Shown piece by piece: positions 16,891 through 26,272 of a stretch of DNA of 54,131 bases. The DNA is from a virus. Taxonomy: Duplodnaviria > Caudoviricetes. Made by a program: the position numbers and the translations under genes. Position 1 is the first letter of the stretch, and every line of letters starts with the position of its first letter. The notes under the pieces are model-generated. The model was not told where the DNA came from, ran no database searches, and was given only the letters and a program-made list of their open reading frames with translations. Where the stretch lies: positions 1 to 54,131 of IMG/VR virus record IMGVR_UViG_3300022929_000037; one strand, given 5' to 3'.

Positions 16891-17853
16891 TTATATCATA
16901 AACTTAGACTCTGGCCAATCCCTAATTAAAGCAACTCCATGAGGTGCATATAAAAATTGATTAGCATAGGCATTCCAAGAATGAATGTGTGGACCATAAT
17001 CTTGCTCCATAGGATTAAAAAACTTAAAAGAATACGAACCATCTCTTGCAAATATATTTCTTTGTATGTATCCAGTGTATGTGCTTGTTTGTGTTCCAAT
17101 AAAGTCAGCTGCGTTAGTCATGACTAGGGCTGATAAAAATGCTAGCGTATGCCCGCTTACGATAGGCAGACTGCTAAACTCACTCATAAAATTATTTAAG
17201 ATAAACCTTTCCATATTGATAGCATCGAGATCCTCGGCAAAGCCTGGGTCATCTGTGCATACAAACACTGGCAGATTAGATAACTCACCAATACTAATGC
17301 TATGATTTGCTAAGTCTACTACATGTATGTGGTCAGATCTTCTTAGGTGAATGCCATTGAAATTACCGATTGTCTGTGCAACTTTATCTGCCAGCTCTTT
17401 GTATTCCCTCTTAGGTGTTATCTGTTTTAAGACGTGGTCCACCTCTTTAGTCCTATTATAAAAAAAAGAGCTATAGTATGCATAAGCACTGTCTGAAAGT
17501 ATATAGTCTTGATTATGTTTGAGGAGCTTTCTACCCATTGCAAATCTTAAATCTTCATTACCATTAGAGCTGGCATAATAGTCTGTAAGTCTATCCTTGG
17601 TAAATCGTGGCCAAAGATCTTCTTCAATATAGGATATGTTTGAATTTGGGGTATCAAAAAAGTCAGTTATCATAATTTGCTCAAATTTATTTTGATCAAA
17701 ATACTCTGAATATACTGCATCTGTTCTATTTGGAAAGCTCTGTGGATGATTATATACAGAAACTTTGTATCCAGATTGTTCTAAACCATAGGCTATCTCA
17801 AGGCCTAGTAGTTGGTTAAATATTCCATTGCCTGAGGATCTTAAATAAATCAT
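16891..17853 (-). CDS. O-fucosyltransferase-like glycosyltransferase (GT-B, POFUT-type)
   Basis: GIFNQL, GIHLRRSD, FVCTDD, FIGTQTSTYT. Confidence 0.75.
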   Translation of the reverse strand: MIYLRSSGNGIFNQLLGLEIAYGLEQSGYKVSVYNHPQSFPNRTDAVYSEYFDQNKFEQIMITDFFDTPNSNISYIEEDLWPRFTKDRLTDYYASSNGNEDLRFAMGRKLLKHNQDYILSDSAYAYYSSFFYNRTKEVDHVLKQITPKREYKELADKVAQTIGNFNGIHLRRSDHIHVVDLANHSISIGELSNLPVFVCTDDPGFAEDLDAINMERFILNNFMSEFSSLPIVSGHTLAFLSALVMTNAADFIGTQTSTYTGYIQRNIFARDGSYSFKFFNPMEQDYGPHIHSWNAYANQFLYAPHGVALIRDWPESKFMI

Positions 17854-17892
17854 AGAGGATGGGCAGTTTTATAACATACCCAGGTTATTTAG

Positions 17893-18231
17893 TTATCGTG
17901 TCTTCTTGGTAGCTCCAGAAGCTCCACCAGTCTTCTTTGCTGGTGCACGAGGAGAGGTCTTCTTGGCTGCCTTAGCTGCCTCATCAATCTTAATTGATAC
18001 CTCTTCTGCAATATCCCCAGCGATACGTCCGAAGGCTGGGTCCTTAGTGTTTAGGTAGCGAATTACAGGCGGTACTAGTGCTGCCCACATAGCTCCCAAC
18101 ACAGCAAGCCAGCTAGAAGCATCTAGCTCTAGTGGAGATACTACTCCAGAGCTGGCCATAACTGCTGTTACTGCAGCTAGTCCTGCTCCTAGTGCGTGCC
18201 TTAGCACTGACTCAATCATTGCCTTATTCAT
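17893..18231 (-). CDS. membrane protein, holin-like
   Basis: Two TM segments, DPAFG, Lys/Ala-rich tail; AAGGAG RBS. Confidence 0.55.
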   Translation of the reverse strand: MNKAMIESVLRHALGAGLAAVTAVMASSGVVSPLELDASSWLAVLGAMWAALVPPVIRYLNTKDPAFGRIAGDIAEEVSIKIDEAAKAAKKTSPRAPAKKTGGASGATKKTR

Positions 18232-18232
18232 T

Positions 18233-18610
18233 TTATTTCTCCTTAGTGACCTTCTCATCTGGAAGGTATTGCTTTAGCTCAAGGAATTTCCCCAGGATCT
18301 TCTGTGTGTCCTCTGGGTCAGTCTCAAGCAGTTGAAACAACTCGTCAAGTGAGCCCTGGAATCCTTCGATAAAGTCAAAGGCCCACTGTCGAGATTTGGA
18401 CAAGAACTGAACAAATTCTTCAGTCTCGCCAAGCTTATAGTTTTCAATATCCTGTAGGGCTTTTGTAAGCTTTGCAGTTAAAGTAACCTTGTCTAGCTCT
18501 AGCTGTACAATCTTTTCTATCGCTTTTCTATAGCGTGCATAGGTAATGCTAGTCCATACTAGCAGTCCTGCAGACGCAACAAGAATAGATATAAAGATAC
18601 CCAACTCCAT
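18233..18610 (-). CDS. membrane-anchored coiled-coil protein
   Basis: N-terminal TM followed by heptads. Confidence 0.6.
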   Translation of the reverse strand: MELGIFISILVASAGLLVWTSITYARYRKAIEKIVQLELDKVTLTAKLTKALQDIENYKLGETEEFVQFLSKSRQWAFDFIEGFQGSLDELFQLLETDPEDTQKILGKFLELKQYLPDEKVTKEK

Positions 18611-18611
18611 A

Positions 18612-18770
18612 TTATTCACCATCAATTATCTTTCTTAGTTTAGACTTTTCAATTGTATCAGATTCTTCCTTATCAATCAAGTCTAAAATTCTATTTCTTT
18701 CTAGCTTAATTCCCTCAGCCATTATAAATGTAACGAGTTCGTGTTGTTGCGGTGTTAGTTCATTAGACAT
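18612..18770 (-). CDS. 52 aa hypothetical protein (not in ORF track)
   Basis: MSNELTPQQHELVTFIMAEGIKLERNRILDLIDKEESDTIEKSKLRKIIDGE; fills the operon gap exactly. Confidence 0.6.
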   Translation of the reverse strand: MSNELTPQQHELVTFIMAEGIKLERNRILDLIDKEESDTIEKSKLRKIIDGE

Positions 18771-19011
18771 CTTCCTTACCTCCTTCTCTCATTAACATTA
18801 CGATAGCCCCATTGTCCTCCAGGGCCTTCTTTACTTTGATCATATAGTTTACTGCAGCCACCTTGGACTCTACATCTGGCAATGACATAAATACTTTTTC
18901 ACTTGCCCTTACGACCAAAAAGTGTTCTTCGTCAATAATGTCTACGTAGAAGTTCTTAGGCATATGGTGCGACAAAGAGTGCACTGCAGATTTCATTTTA
19001 TCTGTGTACAT
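18763..19011 (-). CDS. hypothetical protein
   Basis: Operonic ORF overlapping neighbours. Confidence 0.65.
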   Translation of the reverse strand: MYTDKMKSAVHSLSHHMPKNFYVDIIDEEHFLVVRASEKVFMSLPDVESKVAAVNYMIKVKKALEDNGAIVMLMREGGKEDV

Positions 19012-19288
19012 TTTGTGTTAGCCCCTTCCAAGTGTCTGCCCAATGCTTCTTGGTACGATGTCTGTTAAACTCTCTAGACACTTTGCCATTTTCAATATAA
19101 ACTCCACCCCAGACTCCCCACTCTTTCTGAGACACCCCAACTGCAAAACACTGTCTGCGTACTGGGCAATCTGAACAGAGGCTGTCAATGGCTGGTCGTA
19201 GCTGTTCGTCTTCTTCATATTTATCAAAAAATAGATTAACATCATAGTCGAGACATGCAGCTGATTGCTTCCATGTTTCCTTGTTCAT
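18998..19288 (-). CDS. whiB: WhiB-family Fe-S transcription factor
   Basis: AAC...LFF...CSDCPVRRQC...GVWGG. Confidence 0.9.
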   Translation of the reverse strand: MNKETWKQSAACLDYDVNLFFDKYEEDEQLRPAIDSLCSDCPVRRQCFAVGVSQKEWGVWGGVYIENGKVSREFNRHRTKKHWADTWKGLTQNVHR

Positions 19289-19293
19289 GAGGG

Positions 19294-19503
19294 CTACCTC
19301 ACAAGCTTATGTGGAATCTCCCAGCCCTTTGGACCACACTCAAAGATATCCTGAGAGTGCCAAAGACCTTCTACGAAAGCACCATTCTTTTTCATCCAGG
19401 CTGTCGGATGCGGCTTTGAAAAAACAACATCCCATCCACGCCAGTAAAGCATTTTGTTTCTGCTTACGATTTTTTCCATTTGTTCGAGAGATGTAACTAA
19501 CAT
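19294..19503 (-). CDS. hypothetical protein
   Basis: GGAG RBS before MLVTS; Trp-rich. Confidence 0.6.
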   Translation of the reverse strand: MLVTSLEQMEKIVSRNKMLYWRGWDVVFSKPHPTAWMKKNGAFVEGLWHSQDIFECGPKGWEIPHKLVR

Positions 19504-19516
19504 CTTATTCTCCATC

Positions 19517-19870
19517 TTAGTATCTATATACAACCAGGTCTATTGTGCTTTTCTTATCTACTAAAGCAGCTATTTTAGACAATGGTTCTTTTGGTTTACA
19601 GAAATAGATTAGCTCATCAAAGTCGTGAAGATTTGACTCTGCCCAACCTAAAGTTCTTGGCATGACCTTTGGCTTAACACCATTGGCCTTCAGCGTTCTT
19701 TCTGAAATGTTTACAAACTCATGTGCCATGTGAGTTACGTTTTTGGGACCTAAGGGAACAACGAGAAGCTCATCGTCCCCGTCCTCCATTGAGCGAATAA
19801 CTCTTCCTAACGCATTGATGAAAATTTCATACTGATTAAAGGTTTTCGTCCCGTGGATCAATACCCTCAT
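19517..19870 (-). CDS. hypothetical protein, possibly SLOG/YspA-like
   Basis: MRVLIHGTKTFNQY N-terminus resembles SLOG-type start. Confidence 0.45.
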   Translation of the reverse strand: MRVLIHGTKTFNQYEIFINALGRVIRSMEDGDDELLVVPLGPKNVTHMAHEFVNISERTLKANGVKPKVMPRTLGWAESNLHDFDELIYFCKPKEPLSKIAALVDKKSTIDLVVYRY

Positions 19871-20261
19871 TAGTTTTCCCTTCTGTGAGTTTCTCAACAA
19901 TAAAGCTTAAGTTGTTCAATTCTACATCATTAAGGGCCATTGTGTCAACCCTTTTTGTAGTATTTCCATCAACTTTGCCTTCAATAATATCTGCTTCTAA
20001 CAACTGGTTGTTTACAATCCAGTAGGCCTTGTCGTTTGATATAACAACTCGTGTAGAATTTTGTTCTGAATAATTAACAGACTGAGACTTAAGCTCTTTC
20101 TGTGGCCTTGAAATCCAGGCCCAAGGGGCAACTATGTCAAAGTTATAGCTTTGTCTATAATAAAGCTGAATCTTTTTAACTTTATTATAGTTAAACTGTA
20201 GCACTGGATATATCACAGCAATGCACAACAGTGTTGCAAGTGCTCCAATAAAATAGTCCAT
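19836..20261 (-). CDS. membrane-anchored hypothetical protein
   Basis: N-terminal TM. Confidence 0.6.
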   Translation of the reverse strand: MDYFIGALATLLCIAVIYPVLQFNYNKVKKIQLYYRQSYNFDIVAPWAWISRPQKELKSQSVNYSEQNSTRVVISNDKAYWIVNNQLLEADIIEGKVDGNTTKRVDTMALNDVELNNLSFIVEKLTEGKTNEGIDPRDENL

Positions 20262-20284
20262 AAGTGCTCCAATATAATTATACC

Positions 20285-20641
20285 TTAAATCTTAAGTGCG
20301 TTTATGATGTAGTTAAGGGTTTGTTTTAGGTTTGGAGGAAGATCTTCACGTTCCTTCTCAATCATTGCACGCTCAGCAAGAGTGACTACTGGATTTGGTT
20401 TAGTGATATCCATATTTAAGAATCCTTTTTCCCACAATACCTGCACGTCTTCAAAGAACATTTGGTCTAGACGATCTTTGATACCGCTGGTAAGTGCCTC
20501 TAGCTTGTCTGTAAAGCCATAAACAAAGTCACCACTATCTGTATCTATACCAGCCACCTCAACAACGCCAGCTAGTATTAGCTTATCTACATATTCTTCT
20601 GGTGTCATTCCTGGGTCTGGCAATAGCTCTTCAGAATCCAT
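20285..20641 (-). CDS. hypothetical protein
   Basis: AGGAGG RBS; operonic. Confidence 0.65.
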   Translation of the reverse strand: MDSEELLPDPGMTPEEYVDKLILAGVVEVAGIDTDSGDFVYGFTDKLEALTSGIKDRLDQMFFEDVQVLWEKGFLNMDITKPNPVVTLAERAMIEKEREDLPPNLKQTLNYIINALKI

Positions 20642-20643
20642 GG

Positions 20644-21039
20644 CTACCTCCTTTTTGAGAGCAATTCCTCAAAATCTTTTACCTTGGTATCTCCAAGATA
20701 GGACCAAGCATATCCTTCTTCAATCATAATTTCATTAATAGATTTATTGTTGTTATCCAGATAAACCCAACCTAAAACTCTGCCGAACTTTCCTTTGCTG
20801 CTTAGCTTCTCTGTCTTAATTACTATTGTTTCAGATGCCTTAATTGCACCTTTGAGGTATGCCTTGGCCTCAAGGCCCAGTGCTTTCTCCTCCAGATCCC
20901 GTGTGCGGCTTTCTGGAGTATCAATTCCAGCCAATCTAACCCTGGTATTATACATAATGTCAAAGCCTAGGTCAATCACGACATCAATGGTGTCGCCGTC
21001 TACTACCTTGGTTACTTTATTTACGTAATAGGTATACAT
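20644..21039 (-). CDS. thermonuclease (SNase family)
   Basis: VVDGDTID, VRLAGIDTPE, GKFGRVLG. Confidence 0.9.
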   Translation of the reverse strand: MYTYYVNKVTKVVDGDTIDVVIDLGFDIMYNTRVRLAGIDTPESRTRDLEEKALGLEAKAYLKGAIKASETIVIKTEKLSSKGKFGRVLGWVYLDNNNKSINEIMIEEGYAWSYLGDTKVKDFEELLSKRR

Positions 21040-21278
21040 TAGTTTTCTCCTACAAGCCTGTTCTCATTTAGCTTTTCCCGTTCATCAATTATTTCAAATG
21101 CAAAAGCTTCGAGCTTTTCTTTACCTACAGGGTCATTCATAATTTTTGTATAGTCGTGTGCACAGAATAGTAGTTCTCCAGACACTCCCTTAACTAATAC
21201 ATATGCTTGAGATTGACAGTAGTCGCACCTATCTGATACTAACAGGGTAGAGATTACCCTTTCTTCAGTGGTTTCCAT
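21039..21278 (-). CDS. small zinc-binding hypothetical protein
   Basis: DRCDYC...LLFCAH. Confidence 0.65.
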   Translation of the reverse strand: METTEERVISTLLVSDRCDYCQSQAYVLVKGVSGELLFCAHDYTKIMNDPVGKEKLEAFAFEIIDEREKLNENRLVGEN

Positions 21279-21295
21279 ATTCTATTCTACCCCTA

Positions 21296-21478
21296 TTATT
21301 TAGATTTATCAGTGCTGTAGAAGCCACTGCCATTAAATTGAACTGCTGGCGAGCTATATACTCTAAAAAGCATAGAGTTACACTGCTCACACAAATAGCT
21401 TTTTTCTGCCTCAGAGATACCCCTGATGACATCCTGCTGAATATGACAGTCTGGACACTCGTAAGTGTAAATTGCCAC
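21296..21478 (-). CDS. FmdB-family zinc ribbon protein
   Basis: YTYECPDC...CEQC...FNGSGFYSTD. Confidence 0.85.
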   Translation of the reverse strand: MAIYTYECPDCHIQQDVIRGISEAEKSYLCEQCNSMLFRVYSSPAVQFNGSGFYSTDKSK

Positions 21479-21486
21479 ACACCCTC

Positions 21487-22290
21487 CTATGGAAGTTTGA
21501 TCTTTTGACCGACTTTGATTTGATTTGCGTTAGCAAGATTGTTTAGCCTTTTAAGCTCTTGCCACGTGGTTCCGTTTGCCTTTGCAATTTTGCCAAGGGT
21601 GTCACCGCTCTTAACAGTATACACCTTGCTAGGCTTCTTGTCAACCTTCTTTGGTGTGGTCTTTGCAGCAGGCTTCTTGTATCCTACTGGCATCTTCCTA
21701 GGTGCATTATATGGGTTAGTCTTTTTCTTTTTAGGCACCTCGTGCACTGGTGCTGGCTCAACTGGGTCATCGCTCTTAGCTGCTTGCTTGGCTGTGTCTT
21801 TGATTGACTGTGCCTCATTCATTGCCTTAACAAAACTAATAGGCTCGATAAATCCCTTGCCGTCAGCGGACCATCCATGTGTTCTACCCTTCCAGACTTC
21901 TAGGTGCAAATGCCTTCCTGTTGACATCCCACTGGTTCCCATTTTACCAATGATCTGTCCAGCCGTAACCTTCTGCCCCTTCTTTACCTGGAAAGAGTTA
22001 GGAACTAGGTGTGCATATAGAGATGTGTAGTATTGTCCGTCAATAAAGTGCCTGATTATGACATAGTAGCCAAACCCACCACCTGCTGCTGTGGACTTCT
22101 GTGCCTTGAGGACACGTCCATTAGCGATAGCGTGTACGTAGATTGGATCTTTGCCAATGCCAATAATGTCTGTACCGTTGTGGTGCTTCTTAGTCTTGTG
22201 AACTGGGTGGATTCTCCAGCCCATCTTGCTGGAAATCTTCCAGTCCTTGCCATACTTTCCCTCGATGGCTTGAGTAAATTTTGCTGCCAT
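21487..22290 (-). CDS. endolysin: M23 peptidase plus LysM
   Basis: HNGTD, YAHL, HLHLE; C-terminal [13 protein letters not shown] LysM. Confidence 0.9.
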   Translation of the reverse strand: MAAKFTQAIEGKYGKDWKISSKMGWRIHPVHKTKKHHNGTDIIGIGKDPIYVHAIANGRVLKAQKSTAAGGGFGYYVIIRHFIDGQYYTSLYAHLVPNSFQVKKGQKVTAGQIIGKMGTSGMSTGRHLHLEVWKGRTHGWSADGKGFIEPISFVKAMNEAQSIKDTAKQAAKSDDPVEPAPVHEVPKKKKTNPYNAPRKMPVGYKKPAAKTTPKKVDKKPSKVYTVKSGDTLGKIAKANGTTWQELKRLNNLANANQIKVGQKIKLP

Positions 22291-22325
22291 TATAAAAACT
22301 CCTTAAATATAAATCTATTATAGCA

Positions 22326-22991
22326 CTATTCTGTGCCGTCAGACATGCGTGGATTGCTTAGGTGGTGATACCAGTGTGGCATTGCATACCTGGTTCCCTC
22401 AGTTACTGGCATAATCTCATGAACGTATAGGAAGTTAGAAGGAAAAAAGACTATGCTTCCAGCTTCTGGCTTAATCTTGGTATTTGATTGCCTAAACTCT
22501 ATCTCACCACCAACGTAGTTATCGTTTAGGTAGCTAACTGTTGAGATGAGCCTGCTGCTTATACCTAGATCTTGGTGTGCAGGAAGATGGCCCTTGTCGT
22601 ATGCCTCGTATCTAAGGATACCGTCCATAGGCTCCTCTGACTTTACTGCATTTGCTGCAAACGGATATAGCTGTGTTGAGTAGTGGTGAAAAGCTTTATC
22701 TAGTGAGCCATACAATGCATCTGCAATTTGCAAAAGTTCTTGACGATAGTAGTCATGCTCTTGAATCTGGTCATGCCTCCAAATAAAAAATTTGTAATTA
22801 AATGGCTTTTCCATGTGGCTATCGTGCCATGGCCTCCAGTCATTAACTGCTGTAAAATATCCCTCATGCTCATTTTGTTTAAACCGTTCAGCAAGCTTAT
22901 CTACCAAGTCTACTATATACTCAGTATCTGGAATGATATTTTTGTAATATACTAGTCCAAGATCCTTTACTTCAAACTCTATTTGATCCAT
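22326..22991 (-). CDS. 2OG-Fe(II) oxygenase, prolyl-4-hydroxylase-like
   Basis: HQD, YLNDNYVGGEIEF, FFPSN, HEI, GTRY. Confidence 0.87.
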   Translation of the reverse strand: MDQIEFEVKDLGLVYYKNIIPDTEYIVDLVDKLAERFKQNEHEGYFTAVNDWRPWHDSHMEKPFNYKFFIWRHDQIQEHDYYRQELLQIADALYGSLDKAFHHYSTQLYPFAANAVKSEEPMDGILRYEAYDKGHLPAHQDLGISSRLISTVSYLNDNYVGGEIEFRQSNTKIKPEAGSIVFFPSNFLYVHEIMPVTEGTRYAMPHWYHHLSNPRMSDGTE

Positions 22992-23970
22992 TCTTCTCCT
23001 GTTTTGCTAGATATTCTATTATATCAGAAAAGGGCTGATAATATTTTCTAGCACTGACTATTGACATATAGTGATCGTGCATTCCTATTGCCTTATAAAA
23101 GTCTTCTGGTGATAATTCTGAGTCAATCTTATAGGGTCCAAGGTTATATAAAAAGAAACGTATAGTCTCATAAAGAACTTCTGGACTGTCTTCTACTGCA
23201 GCAAATTGTTTATTTTTTTCAAACTTAAATGGATTCCAGTTATGATATGCGTATACCCTCTTATATGATCTGTAGGCCTCCCAGCCCCTCATAAATATTA
23301 AATAAGACTGTAGTGGCTCGTCGTTAAACATTTTTACATCTTCTATAAAGAATAAGTTATGCTCAAAATATTCCTTGGGAGCAAAGAACAGGTCCATCGA
23401 TGTATAGTATGTTTTGACAAAGTCTTGGTGTGGAGATTTTACTAAGGGAGAACTTACATTAGTTAAAAAGTCGAGCTCTCCGTTTGGCTCTATAGAGTAA
23501 TCAAACTGCGTTATGTGGTGCAGTGCCACCTCTCCATCGCTTCTACAATTGCATGGCTCTGTTACTGGAGGCTCGCTGTTTGACATTTGACAAGAGATTA
23601 CGACCTTATCGTTACCAGTTTTTAGCCTTAGCTCATTATAGTCGTCAAGAATAAAAACATCCCATCCGCTAGTAAATGTCATGTGAGCATCTATAGATAA
23701 CACATAGTCATAATTTGTTGACAGCGATGCTAGGTCATTTCTTACCTGAATTAGTCCTGGCCTTTCTGGGCCATAATCAATTATAGTAAGATTGTTGTAT
23801 ATAGATAAGTCTAGGTTGATACGCTGATGCTGAAGCCCTACAGCAAAATATATCCTTTCTGGATACGTTGCTTTGTCTATTGCTCCCTGTATTGTTCCAA
23901 TTAGTGATGGATCTTCGTATGATGGTATGATGACCAATATTGTTTTATTATTTGATAACCTTTGTTCCAT
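22972..23970 (-). CDS. GT60-like glycosyltransferase, paralog 2
   Basis: TILVIIPSYEDPSL, PERIYFAV, SIDAHMTFTSGWD. Confidence 0.72.
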   Translation of the reverse strand: MEQRLSNNKTILVIIPSYEDPSLIGTIQGAIDKATYPERIYFAVGLQHQRINLDLSIYNNLTIIDYGPERPGLIQVRNDLASLSTNYDYVLSIDAHMTFTSGWDVFILDDYNELRLKTGNDKVVISCQMSNSEPPVTEPCNCRSDGEVALHHITQFDYSIEPNGELDFLTNVSSPLVKSPHQDFVKTYYTSMDLFFAPKEYFEHNLFFIEDVKMFNDEPLQSYLIFMRGWEAYRSYKRVYAYHNWNPFKFEKNKQFAAVEDSPEVLYETIRFFLYNLGPYKIDSELSPEDFYKAIGMHDHYMSIVSARKYYQPFSDIIEYLAKQEKNGSNRV

Positions 23971-25387
23971 ATTCTTGTTCCCATTTTATAACGTCCGCCT
24001 CATCATTAAGAAGTGGCTGGCCCTTAATATTAAGGCTAGTGTTTAGTAGTACTGGAACCCCAGTCTCTTCATAAAAACGTCTTAGGAGGGCATACAGGCC
24101 TGGATGCTGACGCTTATTTACGGTCTGAACCCTAGAAGTTCCATCCGCATGAACCACAGAAGGTATTTCACTTGGCCTCTTGCATACAAAAGTGTATTGC
24201 ATATATGGTGATGCTGCCTTCATATCAAACCAGTCATTAGCAAATTCCTCTAGAACCACTGGGGCAAATGGCCTAAACAGCTCTCTCTTCTTAATCTTAT
24301 TGACCTTATCCTTAATGTTTGGATCTCGTGGGTCTGCCAGGATACTTCTGTTGCCTAGTGCTCTTGGACCATATTCTGCCCTACCGTATACAACTGGTGC
24401 AACTCCATCAGATAGGATTGCTGCTAGTGCCTGCTCTACTGGATACTTCCTCTTAGGCATATCATATCCCAAGTATGGTCCCCTCCAGGTAAGGTGCTTT
24501 CCATAGGCTGCAGCTGCTGCTCCCAAAGAGCTTCCTGCATCTCCAGGGTTTGGCATAATCCAGACATCAGAGAACATGTCCCATAGCTTCGTATTAGCAG
24601 AAGCGTTTAGTGCACAGCCACCCATAAACACTAGGTTATGCTTGCCAGTCTTATTAACTGCAAACTCCATAAACTCCATAAGCCTTTGCTCATAGACCCT
24701 TTGAACTGCTGCTGCAATATCAAACTTATTTCTGTCATTGACCTCTTCATTCCAATCAAGAATGCCTTTGTGAAAGTTATATCTTTGACCCTTAATGCTG
24801 TCAAAGTATGAGTTTACCTTGCTGTAGTACTTGTTTGCTTTGCCATATGCTGCCATGCCCATCATGATATACTCTTCTTCGTTTGGCTTGAGCCCAAGCA
24901 GCTGTGTGAATGCAGAGTAGAAAAGACCAAAGCTAAATGGATAATTCTTTTTGTATACCTGCTTAATTCTATCGCCTTCACCAACCCAAATGGTAGAGGT
25001 ATTCCATTCTCCTATGGCATCCAATACCACAATTGTAGCATCCTGGAATCTGCTTGTGTAATAGCCTGCAGCTGCATGTGAGTAGTGGTGCTTAAATGTT
25101 TTTACTGGGAGATCTTTGAGCTCAGGATGATTGATATACCTTGGGCTGTCTCCCCCAAAGCCCCCACTAATTGCAATTCTACTTTTCTTTAATAGTGGCT
25201 TTTCATAATAGGCAATCATGTCTGGCTTGCCATATCTCAATGCATCTTCAATTAGTTTATCATTAGTAAACCAATCATTCTTTTCTTTACTATACCGCTC
25301 AGCGTGCCCAGCAAAAAGAATATTGCCGTTCTCAATTAGCGACACTGAAGCATCATGTGTTGTCTCATTAATTCCAAGAATTTTCAT
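23948..25387 (-). CDS. carbamoyltransferase (NodU/CmcH family), paralog 2
   Basis: HDAS, HHYSHA, EYIMMGMAAYG, GPRALGNRS, RPFAP, LNTSLN. Confidence 0.92.
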   Translation of the reverse strand: MKILGINETTHDASVSLIENGNILFAGHAERYSKEKNDWFTNDKLIEDALRYGKPDMIAYYEKPLLKKSRIAISGGFGGDSPRYINHPELKDLPVKTFKHHYSHAAAGYYTSRFQDATIVVLDAIGEWNTSTIWVGEGDRIKQVYKKNYPFSFGLFYSAFTQLLGLKPNEEEYIMMGMAAYGKANKYYSKVNSYFDSIKGQRYNFHKGILDWNEEVNDRNKFDIAAAVQRVYEQRLMEFMEFAVNKTGKHNLVFMGGCALNASANTKLWDMFSDVWIMPNPGDAGSSLGAAAAAYGKHLTWRGPYLGYDMPKRKYPVEQALAAILSDGVAPVVYGRAEYGPRALGNRSILADPRDPNIKDKVNKIKKRELFRPFAPVVLEEFANDWFDMKAASPYMQYTFVCKRPSEIPSVVHADGTSRVQTVNKRQHPGLYALLRRFYEETGVPVLLNTSLNIKGQPLLNDEADVIKWEQEYGTKVIK

Positions 25388-25470
25388 TAATAGATATACT
25401 TTCTAGGCTTAAGTGCTTTACGATTTTTCCACTTCCAAAATCGAAATTTTATTTGCTTAATTATTTTCAT
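25387..25470 (-). CDS. 27 aa basic peptide coupled to carbamoyltransferase (not in ORF track)
   Basis: MKIIKQIKFRFWKWKNRKALKPRKYIY; TAATG overlap with carbamoyltransferase start. Confidence 0.55.
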   Translation of the reverse strand: MKIIKQIKFRFWKWKNRKALKPRKYIY

Positions 25471-26269
25471 GGTATTTATTATACATTAATTCTGCAGCAT
25501 ATTTATGGAATCCAGTTCCCCAGTGGGCACCATCTTCTGCATAAAAATAGTTTGGGCTGCCATCGTCATTATCATATAGGTAGCTCTCCAGATTAAGATC
25601 GTCGAAGTTATAAAAAGTTTTAAAGTTAAACTTATTGAATATATCCCTCATTGCTGGAGAATTGTATGATGTTGATACAAGGTTTATGCCATATAATTCC
25701 ATAAGCTTTTCAAACATTGAGTATGTCTCATACAGATAAGGGGTCATGCTGTCGATTATTTCTAGAACATCCTGCGTAAAGCTAGTATTATGATATGAAT
25801 ATTTATCTGGGTTAACTACTGCATCGTAGTAGCCGTCTAATTTTTGGTGCAGCCTGATTCCCCTAAAGACATCTGGAAACATTATAAATATTGTATCTGG
25901 CTTGCCATAAGTATCTATATATCTCAGAATTAAGGATATGATGCCGTTAAAGCTTGCACCTTCCCTACCAATATTTATTGCATGTATTTCTTTGCCTATG
26001 TCTTCAGATAGCTTACTGGCTAACAGATTAGGCCAAATATTACTGTCATCGCTTATTCCAGTTCCAAAGGTATTGGAGCATCCAGCAAACAGCATGTGCA
26101 CTTTGCTGGGGTTGACAACAAACTCTTCTGACCTATACCTTAATGAGTTCAGGACAAGGCTGCTATCTCCTTGATCATTTTTAGGCATCTTACCGTCAAA
26201 GCCATACAGGCGATCCTGCTCAGTAGGACCAAACCTGTCATCGAAGTTTTTAAGATAGTTGTAGTTCAT
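25457..26269 (-). CDS. SGNH/GDSL-like protein, paralog 1
   Basis: FAGCSNTFG, NIGREGAS, YGKPD, DGAHWG. Confidence 0.65.
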   Translation of the reverse strand: MNYNYLKNFDDRFGPTEQDRLYGFDGKMPKNDQGDSSLVLNSLRYRSEEFVVNPSKVHMLFAGCSNTFGTGISDDSNIWPNLLASKLSEDIGKEIHAINIGREGASFNGIISLILRYIDTYGKPDTIFIMFPDVFRGIRLHQKLDGYYDAVVNPDKYSYHNTSFTQDVLEIIDSMTPYLYETYSMFEKLMELYGINLVSTSYNSPAMRDIFNKFNFKTFYNFDDLNLESYLYDNDDGSPNYFYAEDGAHWGTGFHKYAAELMYNKYHENN

Positions 26270-26272
26270 TAG

